Origin: Lysobacteraceae bacterium | GTDB lineage: Bacteria; Pseudomonadota; Gammaproteobacteria; Xanthomonadales; Ahniellaceae | Length of the DNA stretch: 38,698 nucleotides | Direction: 5' to 3' | Assembly: GCA_040376895.1 (NCBI GenBank) | Contig: JBEIPT010000001.1 | Location: 1-38,698 of the forward strand | In this document: piece by piece, positions 31,250 to 38,698 of the stretch | How the letters are laid out: every line of letters starts with the position of its first letter | How positions within the stretch are numbered: the stretch's first letter is position 1 | Made by a program: the position numbers and the translations under genes | The notes under the pieces: generated by a model | The model's database searches: none | Told to the model about the DNA's origin: nothing | Seen by the model: the letters and a program-made list of their open reading frames with translations, nothing else

Positions 31250-32613
31250 GCAGCCTCCACAAACTGCCGAAACAGATTGCCGACCAGCGCCATCCGATAC
31301 TCCTTGCTGGCCCGGTGATCACTGAGCGGCGTGAACTCGTTGGCGAGCAATGCCACCGCTTCACTGACGGTATCGGGGTCAAGTCTGCGGCCAAGCAAGA
31401 AGGCCTCGGTATCGCGCGCGCGTTTCGGAATGGCAGCGACCCCGCCATAGGCCAATCGCGCGAACCGGATCACGCCGGTCGGGTCGGTGTCGACAAGGAA
31501 TGCCGCCGCGACGATGCTGATGTCGTCGGTCTGGCGTTTCGCCACTTTGTAGAAAGCCTGCCGGCCCGGCGGAACATCGAAGGTCACGGCAGTGACCAAT
31601 TCATCGTTGTGGCGTGCGGTCTTGCGATAGTCGAGAAAGTAGTCGGAAGCGGCTACCGGGCGGCGGCCATTCGGCCCGGCCAGTTCGATCACCGCGTCGA
31701 GTGTCAGCAGGCATGGCAACAGATCGCCGATCGGTGATGCGGAGCCGATGTTGCCGCCGAGTGTGGCGCGGTTCTTCACCTGGCGCGCGGCAAACCAGGG
31801 CAGCACTTGTGTGATGACCGGCAGGCTGTTGCCCAATTTCTCTTCGAGTCGAGACAGTGTTGCGGCGGCGCCGATACGCCACGACGAATCGCGACGATGA
31901 ACTTCCTGCAACTCGTCGATCCGGTCGAGCGCGATGAATCCCGGCGCCACAGGATGACCCCGACTCAACGCAACGCCGGTATCGGTGGCGCCAGTGATCC
32001 AGACAAAGTCTGGATGTGCGGTCTTGTTCGCAAGCGCTTCGGCCACCGTCACCGGCGTCAGGAATGTGGGCGCCGAGCGCGGAGTGAAACCGGGATCTTG
32101 GTCGATAAAGCGAGGCAGGGCGCTTGCGCGCTCCGAAGCCGGCACTGCCGCGACTTCAGCCATCGCCTGGCGGATCGCGGTGTAACCGGTACAGCGGCAC
32201 AGGTTGCCATCGATGCAATGGTCGCCGAGCGTGTCTTCGTGGAACCCGACAAACAGGCTCATGACAAAACCCGGTGTGCAATAACCACATTGTGACCCCG
32301 CGCAACGCACCATCGCGCGCTGCACTGGATGAACCTCGTCTTTCGTGGCCAATGCCTCCACGGTCACAAACGACCGCCCAATCACCTGACCCATCGGCAG
32401 CAGGCAACTGTTCACTGCGTGCAGTCGGGTCGACGCCCCCTCGCGCACCACCTCGGCCACGGTGCACGCACCACAATCTCCGTCACCGCAGCCTTCCTTG
32501 GTGCCCGTCAATCGGTGCCGTTTCAGCCAGCGCAGCAAGGACTCCCGAGGGTCGTCGCGGTCGGATAGATCGTGTGTCGTGCCGTTCAGGCAAAAAGTCG
32601 AATAGGCGTCCAT
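31246..32613 (-). CDS. xdhA: Xanthine dehydrogenase small subunit (2x[2Fe-2S] + FAD)
   Basis: GTKEGCGDGDCGAC, SQCGYCTPG, GNLCRCTGY, ATLGGNIGSASPIGD and DDIS. ATGA overlap with xdhB. Confidence 0.96.
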   Translation of the reverse strand: MDAYSTFCLNGTTHDLSDRDDPRESLLRWLKRHRLTGTKEGCGDGDCGACTVAEVVREGASTRLHAVNSCLLPMGQVIGRSFVTVEALATKDEVHPVQRAMVRCAGSQCGYCTPGFVMSLFVGFHEDTLGDHCIDGNLCRCTGYTAIRQAMAEVAAVPASERASALPRFIDQDPGFTPRSAPTFLTPVTVAEALANKTAHPDFVWITGATDTGVALSRGHPVAPGFIALDRIDELQEVHRRDSSWRIGAAATLSRLEEKLGNSLPVITQVLPWFAARQVKNRATLGGNIGSASPIGDLLPCLLTLDAVIELAGPNGRRPVAASDYFLDYRKTARHNDELVTAVTFDVPPGRQAFYKVAKRQTDDISIVAAAFLVDTDPTGVIRFARLAYGGVAAIPKRARDTEAFLLGRRLDPDTVSEAVALLANEFTPLSDHRASKEYRMALVGNLFRQFVEAA

Positions 32614-32804
32614 TCGTGCAGCGTACCCAGCAGCGGCGTGAGGGGCAATCAGGGGCGCTGCTGCGGGTGGTCAGCGGTTTGAAGAGACTCTGATCGACCG
32701 CAAGGTGCCGGTTGCATTGTCGGCGACCGGTGATGCACATTATCAACGCCGCCGGTGATGGACTTCCACCCGGAGCGGGTACAGCCGATCAGGAGAAACG
32801 TTCA

Positions 32805-34445
32805 GTGCGCGGAGCTGTGATTCAAATCGCTGTCCTGGCTCTACTTTCGTTCGCATCCGTGGATCGGTCGAACGCTGCTGGATTTGTTGACGAGTCCAAC
32901 CTGCGTGGGGTGCAAGTCTACGACCAGGCCCCCTTGATGGGCGGTGGCGTGGCGGTCGCCGACTTCGATGACGACGGCGATCCGGACCTTTTTGTACCCA
33001 ATCGCGAGGGTACGGCCGATCAGGTTTACTTGAACGACGGTACCGGGCAATTCAACGAGTCAGCAAGCTTGCTGGGTTTGGCGTCCATCAGTCGCAGCCG
33101 GTCGGCACTTTGGTTCGATGCCGATGGCGACCGCGATCTGGATCTTTTGGTGGGCAGCGATTGCTTTGGCTTCCAGGTCGAATGCCGCGCCGGCGACTCC
33201 GGGTTGCGTCTTTACCGGCAGGAAACCACGGGCGCCTTCACGGAAGTCACAGCAGACTTCGGTCTGCATGAAGACATGGCCACTTTCGGGCCGTTCCAAC
33301 ATAGGGCCGGTCTTGCGGCTGCCGATTTTGATGGCGATGGGGACCTCGATGTCTACACCGGCATTTGGGATTCCGCGATGCCTGAATCGCGTGGTGCTGC
33401 TTCCGGAAGTGCCCAGTCCAGGCTCTACCGCAACGATCTCGGTACGTTCGTCGACGTCACTGCAGCCACCGGGCTCTCGTTGCCCGGCTATGTTGGGGTT
33501 TGGCAGCCCATATGGCTCGACCTGGACGACGACACACGTCCAGACTTGCTCCTGAGTGTGGACTTTGGACCCAACCGCTTGTATCGAAACAACGGTTTGG
33601 GCGGGTTCACCGATATCTCCTTGACCAGCGGATTCGCGTTTGCAGCGTCCGACCCTGGCACTGATGGCGGCAACGACATGGGACTTGCGCCCGGCGACGT
33701 CGACAACGATGGCGACGTTGACCTGTACGCCACGAACATCTGGAACTACAACTATCCGGGCGAACACAACCCGCTTTTCGTCAATCAGACGTCGGGCGCA
33801 AACGTCCACTTTGCCGATGTGTCGCAAGGCAGTCCAATCGCCAACACGGATTGGGGCTGGGGGGCCGCTTTCCTCGATTACGATGGCGACGGTGATCTGG
33901 ATCTTGCCGCCACAAACGGATTTTCAGAGCCGACTTACCTTCAAGATCAGTCCCGGTTCTTTCGCAATGATGGTTTTCCGATCGGCGGATTTGTAGATGT
34001 ATCCGTAGCAGTTGGCTTTGATGACACGCTTTGGGGCAGTGCCTTGGCTGCAGCCGACCTCGATCGGGACGGCCGCATTGACCTGGTGCACACCACGAAA
34101 CAGCATCCCGGTGTCGGTCCGCTTCGCCTCTTGATGAACCGCGAAACAGCCGACATGCGGTGGCTTCGAGTCATTCCCCGTATGTCTGAAGGTCCAAACC
34201 ATCAAGCGATCGGGGCGACGGTGTCCATCGAAACAAGCAGTGGCCCGCAGATGCGATCGATCCTGGCAGGACAGGGATTTCTTGCCCAAGAGCCGGCAGA
34301 AGCCCTGTTCGGAATGGGCACTTCGGACCAAGCCACGGTCGTCGTCGAGTGGCCGGATGGCTCGCGCAGTGTTCCCCGGCGCGTGTCGGCCAACGGCCCC
34401 GTGACCGTCTTCGACTCCGACGGACTTGTCGATGGCTTCGAGTAA
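32805..34445 (+). CDS. Secreted FG-GAP/VCBS repeat protein with ASPIC/UnbV domain (CRTAC1-like)
   Basis: Repeated D(F/Y)DxDGDxDL motifs, WGWGAAFLD, N.QAIGATV and V.WPDG. GTG start after an aggag RBS, followed by a signal peptide. Confidence 0.88.
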   Translation: MRGAVIQIAVLALLSFASVDRSNAAGFVDESNLRGVQVYDQAPLMGGGVAVADFDDDGDPDLFVPNREGTADQVYLNDGTGQFNESASLLGLASISRSRSALWFDADGDRDLDLLVGSDCFGFQVECRAGDSGLRLYRQETTGAFTEVTADFGLHEDMATFGPFQHRAGLAAADFDGDGDLDVYTGIWDSAMPESRGAASGSAQSRLYRNDLGTFVDVTAATGLSLPGYVGVWQPIWLDLDDDTRPDLLLSVDFGPNRLYRNNGLGGFTDISLTSGFAFAASDPGTDGGNDMGLAPGDVDNDGDVDLYATNIWNYNYPGEHNPLFVNQTSGANVHFADVSQGSPIANTDWGWGAAFLDYDGDGDLDLAATNGFSEPTYLQDQSRFFRNDGFPIGGFVDVSVAVGFDDTLWGSALAAADLDRDGRIDLVHTTKQHPGVGPLRLLMNRETADMRWLRVIPRMSEGPNHQAIGATVSIETSSGPQMRSILAGQGFLAQEPAEALFGMGTSDQATVVVEWPDGSRSVPRRVSANGPVTVFDSDGLVDGFE

Positions 34446-34566
34446 GGCATGGGCCAGGCCAGGAAAGTCTGGATTCGTTCGAAGCCACGGGCGAACAGAC
34501 TCGGAAAGATGAAGGCAAGCTGATGTTCGGACGTTCGACTCATGAACCGTATTCAATGTGGGGCAT

Positions 34567-35415
34567 ATGGATTTGATGGTGCGCATTGCAGCAATGATGG
34601 CCTTGCTGTGGGGTCCGTGTGTTGCAATCGGCGCGGGCAATCACACAGAGCCAGGCAGTGAGTCACTGATCGGCATCGACCACATTCCGACCGTGGTGGA
34701 AGATTTGGACGAGTCGAGCGCCAGGTATCGAGAACTTGGCTTTGTGTTGAAGCCGGGTCGGGCGCATGACAATGGATTGCTCAACCGCCACGTGAAGTTC
34801 AAGGACGGTTCCGGAATCGAGTTGCTGTCCGTTCCTGCCGCGCCCAAGGATGAGCTGACGCGCACCTACTCGGCGCTATTGCGCAAAGGCGAGGGCCCGG
34901 CGTATCTGTCATTCCATGCGCGAGATTCGGACGCGCGTGCAGCGGCGCTGAACGCTGCCGATGTGGGCTTCAGCGTGACAAGCGGAATGACGACCCTCGA
35001 CGATCCAAGGCTCGGTTTCCTGTTTTTTGTCGAGGACAACCGCTCACCCACCGACCGGCCGGAACACTTTGCGCATCCGAATGGTGCCGGGGCGATGTCT
35101 GAGGTGTGGTTGGCAGTGGACGAGCAGACCCTGGTCAGCCTGCGGACTTTGTTTCTGGCTTTGGGGGCGGTCGAGACGAAGAAAGTCGTGCAGGCGCCTG
35201 ACACCACCGAAGCAGTGGTGTTCCACGTACAGAATGGGCGAGTGATCGTTGTCCAGAAACGGCATCAATTGATCAACGGGCGGGAAGTGATCGGGGCAAC
35301 GTTTCGTGTTTCGGTTCAGTCCGATGCGGATACGGATGCGGTGATCGGCGGAAGGGAAGGCGCTGGCGCGGACTCAACGCCCGTGAATAATCTTTGGTTG
35401 CGGTTTGTTCGCTAG
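34567..35415 (+). CDS. VOC/glyoxalase-like family protein, probably exported
   Basis: GIDHIPTVVEDL...LGF...GRAH.NG..N..VKF.DGSGIELL and HPNGA motifs, with a hydrophobic N-terminus. The start is approximate. Confidence 0.75.
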   Translation: MDLMVRIAAMMALLWGPCVAIGAGNHTEPGSESLIGIDHIPTVVEDLDESSARYRELGFVLKPGRAHDNGLLNRHVKFKDGSGIELLSVPAAPKDELTRTYSALLRKGEGPAYLSFHARDSDARAAALNAADVGFSVTSGMTTLDDPRLGFLFFVEDNRSPTDRPEHFAHPNGAGAMSEVWLAVDEQTLVSLRTLFLALGAVETKKVVQAPDTTEAVVFHVQNGRVIVVQKRHQLINGREVIGATFRVSVQSDADTDAVIGGREGAGADSTPVNNLWLRFVR

Positions 35416-35529
35416 CTCGCCGGTCGGTGATTCTCTCGGTCATGGTACGTTCTTGCTCGACAGACAATCCGGGCATTGCCCGTTGCGAACTTCGAGATGC
35501 TGGAACGTACCGTCACCGTGAAAACCATC

Positions 35530-36222
35530 ATGACTGAAGTGGTAATCCTTCCGGGGCTTGATGGCACAGCCAGGCTGCTGGATTCGTTCTGCCTTTACCT
35601 CGGCAAGCAAGGTCTGCACGCACGTGCCATTGCATACCCGCCTGATCGTCCTTACGGTTATGCTGAGCTTGAGCAGTTTGTTCGCCCGCAACTTCCGTCC
35701 AGCCCTTTCGTGCTGATGGGTGAATCGTTTTCGGGGCCGCTGGCCATCAAGATGGCCGCCGACCCTCCCAATGGGCTGAAGGGCCTCGTGTTGTCGACGA
35801 CGTTCGCCCGCTCGCCGGTGGTGGGTCTCTCCCGGCTCGCGCCATTCATGCGCTTCGCACCGACTCGCGTGCCGATGTCGCTGCTCTCGTGGGTGCTGCT
35901 CGGGCCTTGGGCTACACCCGAACTCAGGCAAGAATTGGACACGGCGTTGCGCACCCTCACGCCAGAGGTCATCCGCGCCAGAGTAACGGCAGCACTTCGG
36001 GTGGATGTCTCAGGGTTGCTCCCATCAGTCCGAGTGCCCGTGCTGCAACTGGTCGCGCTGCAGGATCGCCTTTTGACACCGTCAGCGCCACGCGCCTTGA
36101 GCACCGCCTTGGCGGACTGCAGAACGGTGCGACGTCCCGGGCCTCATCTGTTGCTTCAGACGGCTACGCAGGTTTGCGCCAGGGACGTTGGCGTGTTTCT
36201 GCAAGCCTTGGGTCAGAAATGA
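35530..36222 (+). CDS. Alpha/beta fold hydrolase
   Basis: LPGLDGT, GESFSG nucleophile elbow, QDRLL (Asp) and GPHLL (His). Confidence 0.85.
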   Translation: MTEVVILPGLDGTARLLDSFCLYLGKQGLHARAIAYPPDRPYGYAELEQFVRPQLPSSPFVLMGESFSGPLAIKMAADPPNGLKGLVLSTTFARSPVVGLSRLAPFMRFAPTRVPMSLLSWVLLGPWATPELRQELDTALRTLTPEVIRARVTAALRVDVSGLLPSVRVPVLQLVALQDRLLTPSAPRALSTALADCRTVRRPGPHLLLQTATQVCARDVGVFLQALGQK

Positions 36223-36334
36223 TTATCTGATCCGATGCGATTGGGGTTCGGATATCGCTGCCGAACTGTGGGACATTCCAGAGCGGTGGCTGCGATAGTG
36301 GCCACACAGCCTGTTTTCGATACCCAGTAGTTGC

Positions 36335-37159
36335 TCAGTCAATGGTCGATGCTTGAGCCGCCGATTGGCGTGGTAACGGATTGAAGGTACTTGCAACTCG
36401 TGCAAACCTGTTGGCCGGCCACTTCTTCCGGTCGGAAACCTGACCATCGCCAAGCTCGATGACGATCAAACCCTCTGCTTCGGTTTCGATGATATCGACG
36501 GAGAAGAAAGGACTCGGAATTCTCCTCGCAACCTCATGAACGATCTGCGGTGTTTCGCCTTCGCGACCGTGTGCGACTCCGTTGAAGACGAAGTACCGCT
36601 CTTCGGTTTCCTGTTGGAGGCTCATGAACTCACGAATACAGACACCGCCTTCAATCTGGCCTCGGTATTGGCGCAGAAGCGTTACTACGTCCCCGACTTC
36701 GTCGATCGTCGATGCGACCGAACCCCTTGCGGTGGTCAGCGACTTCACGAAGTCTTTGACAAAATACTTTTGCCAACCGAGGGGCTTCAGCAGGGCCGGG
36801 AAGTCGCTGTGCTCCGACGCAAAAACAGTCGGTATGGTCAGGTCGCGGCATAACTCGTACCAACCGGGCAGGTAGTGGCAGAGCTGGTAGTGTTCCGGAG
36901 CCGTGTTGAGCACCGCGCCCCTCGTCTTGATTGCTTCATCCAGGCGATTGTATTGCTCGGGCGTGAGCATCCAGCCGCGATACACAATCGTCGCGCCGTC
37001 AGGTAAAACTGGCCTTGGTCTGAAACTGCCCTGCTCGAAGTCTTCGAACGAGAACAGCGACACGCTCCATCCGAGCGCTCGAAACGCGTCAACTTCTTCT
37101 GCGTAGGAGGCGTCGGGTGTCGACTTGTCGAACGGATCGCTTGGGAACAGGAGGTGCAT
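36335..37159 (-). CDS. ATP-grasp protein of the R2K clade (R2K_3/DUF4343-like)
   Basis: VYRGWML, CHYLPGWY, FVKDFVKS, EERYFV, FFSVDI and IELGDGQVS motifs. Confidence 0.8.
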   Translation of the reverse strand: MHLLFPSDPFDKSTPDASYAEEVDAFRALGWSVSLFSFEDFEQGSFRPRPVLPDGATIVYRGWMLTPEQYNRLDEAIKTRGAVLNTAPEHYQLCHYLPGWYELCRDLTIPTVFASEHSDFPALLKPLGWQKYFVKDFVKSLTTARGSVASTIDEVGDVVTLLRQYRGQIEGGVCIREFMSLQQETEERYFVFNGVAHGREGETPQIVHEVARRIPSPFFSVDIIETEAEGLIVIELGDGQVSDRKKWPANRFARVASTFNPLPRQSAAQASTID

Positions 37160-37253
37160 GGGGGCTATGGGCAGGTTGCGCGTCAATTCTACGCGGCGAG
37201 AAGATGCGTGGCCACGGATTACGGTAGTTCCCCATGGTGATTTGAGCGAATCT

Positions 37254-37850
37254 TTACCGCTTTCTGCCAAATGCTGTTCTGAGATCATCCTGCAAAGTGT
37301 CATATGTCGCCTGAAAAACCTCGATGTCCGACATCCTGAAATCAGCCTCGAAGCGAGCGTTGGATGATTCGGGGCGCACCCGTTTGCCACGCGACTTCAT
37401 GCGGATCGGATCACCCGAGTCGGCCCAGCGATAGACTGAAAAATCCAGGCTCGGGAAATTCTTCTTTCTCAAGAGCCACTGACCAACGAGCAGTAAGGCT
37501 TGGCCGTCTTCTCCAAGAAAAACCCAAGCCGGCCCATGACTCCCGAAATGCTCTACTTCCACAACGATCTGCGCGGACACGACAATTTCTTCCACGTACT
37601 CGTCGGCGCTCTCCGATCGTTTCGTCACTTCCCGAAAAAAGGACACATTTGAGAGTGTGGAGGGCAAGAAGAGAGCGCTCCCTACAAAGAACGCCGTCGG
37701 TAGCGAACGTGAAACGAGCCAAGTGGCCACTCCGATTGCGAGACTGACAGGAAGGCTCGCAGTCAGGACGTTCCTCACCAATGAACCGCGACCTTTGGTC
37801 AGGGTAGCAATGTCCTTGTTCGTGACACGCGCTTTGGAAATGGTGATCAT
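37254..37850 (-). CDS. Hypothetical membrane protein
   Basis: 198-aa ORF from MITISK with two N-terminal hydrophobic segments and a soluble C-terminal domain. It is visibly more AT-rich than the core genes. Confidence 0.6.
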   Translation of the reverse strand: MITISKARVTNKDIATLTKGRGSLVRNVLTASLPVSLAIGVATWLVSRSLPTAFFVGSALFLPSTLSNVSFFREVTKRSESADEYVEEIVVSAQIVVEVEHFGSHGPAWVFLGEDGQALLLVGQWLLRKKNFPSLDFSVYRWADSGDPIRMKSRGKRVRPESSNARFEADFRMSDIEVFQATYDTLQDDLRTAFGRKR

Positions 37851-38188
37851 GTTGGGGCAATGTATTGGGTTATCGCGGGTGGTTGGTGAATGCCAGTTTC
37901 TGCTGCCTCGGGGGACGCGGCAATGATGCGCACTGTTCGGCGGGTCCCGGATTCGGTCCGCTTGGATCGTTCTGAAACGGTCGGGCACACTGCTGCGCCC
38001 ATACGAATGTCCAACCGGGTCTCGCAACGCGCCGATCTGATTGCGCGAACCGGGATCCTGTCGGGCCGGAGTGCACCGCAGCGGGAACCATGGCGTCGGT
38101 CGTTATCCCTGGTGACTTGGTCATCATTGAGTCCGTTGCAGTGTTAGGCGATTTTTTGGACGATCGCGGAATGACACGAGGATGATGC

Positions 38189-38539
38189 ATGTCCGGCCAC
38201 CGAATTTTTGCTGCGCCATTTGCTTCGGTTTATCTCATGTACGTGCAGAAAGTTGAGCGCGAGGGGCGAACCAAGCAGGAACTCGATCGCGTCATATGCT
38301 GGCTGACCGGATATGACGAGGCGGGTCTCCTGCGCCAGATCGAACTGCGGACCGATTTTGAGCGCTTCTTTGCGCAGGCTCCGGCGATCCATCCGGGGGC
38401 CGAGTTGATCACTGGCCTGGTTTGTGGCGTTCGGGTGGAAGCGGTTGAGAATCCGCTGATGCGGCGAATTCGCCAGCTGGACAAACTCATTGACGAACTC
38501 GCCAAGGGGAAGTCGATCGAGAAAGTGCTGCGGGCGTGA
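38189..38539 (+). CDS. DUF2200 family protein
   Basis: HRIF...FASVY..YVQKVE.EGRTK.E.D.VI.WLTGY, ITG.VCGVRVE and [12 protein letters not shown]. gagga RBS. Confidence 0.88.
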   Translation: MSGHRIFAAPFASVYLMYVQKVEREGRTKQELDRVICWLTGYDEAGLLRQIELRTDFERFFAQAPAIHPGAELITGLVCGVRVEAVENPLMRRIRQLDKLIDELAKGKSIEKVLRA

Positions 38540-38605
38540 GGGGTGGGCGGTCGGGCCGGGAAACAGGATCGAAGTATCTGGATCAGTGTTGGCGGCGTGT
38601 TCTGA

Positions 38606-38637
38606 ACCGTCATTCCCGCTTTCCCGGGAATGACGGT
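38606..38637. repeat. GTCATTCCCG...CGGGAATGAC palindromic repeat or hairpin
   Basis: accgtcattcccg-ctttcc-cgggaatgacggt forms a 13-bp stem and resembles a widespread proteobacterial extragenic repeat family. Confidence 0.6.
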
Positions 38638-38698
38638 CCCTCCGCTCCGAGGCTCGATAATTGTGAACTAGTCCCACGCCGCCCCTGCCGCTTTGACG

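Noticed and set aside
32720-32790. ZTP (pfl) riboswitch-like segment ccacccggagcg
   Set aside because: It lacks the GACUGGCG and CGCCUGGG pseudoknot elements, and the downstream gene on that strand is unrelated to purine or folate metabolism.
38009-38149. Complete attC site (GTCCAAC...GTTAGGC)
   Set aside because: The core sites fit RYYYAAC/GTTRRRY, but the L-box spacing and internal palindrome do not.
37870-38190. Small ORFs of 106 aa (-) and 85 aa (+)
   Set aside because: They have no RBS or domain support and show a composition typical of spurious ORFs.

Overview
This is a high-GC bacterial chromosomal segment. Gene content and repeat types suggest a Xanthomonadales (Lysobacterales)-like gammaproteobacterium, which is an inference. 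The left part holds the 3' portion of a large DUF11-repeat surface protein with an IPTL-CTERM-like tail, a hairpin-dense intergenic region, a CPD photolyase, a WS/DGAT acyltransferase and the serC-serA-pheA-hisC-aroA operon. The middle holds a USP fragment, SRAP and a methyltransferase, then yafV, a subclass B3 metallo-beta-lactamase, ACMSD and kynU, followed by thiD, a FadL/TodX-like barrel, an XRE HTH gene and a cluster of REP-like repeats. After that come a lipoprotein, tdh, a 2OG-Fe(II) oxygenase, an S46 peptidase, uvrB, xdhAB and an ASPIC/UnbV FG-GAP protein. The right end is an accessory-looking run of small genes: VOC, alpha/beta hydrolase, R2K ATP-grasp, a membrane protein and DUF2200. 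I saw no tRNA, rRNA, CRISPR array, integrase or transposase. The best unexplained signals are the structured 2611-2850 region, a three-copy ~85 bp two-hairpin repeat, the structured xdhA leader, an H1-like tail on WS/DGAT, the B3 MBL, a divergent S46 S1 pocket and the R2K ATP-grasp gene. All family assignments are from motif recognition by eye, not database searches.
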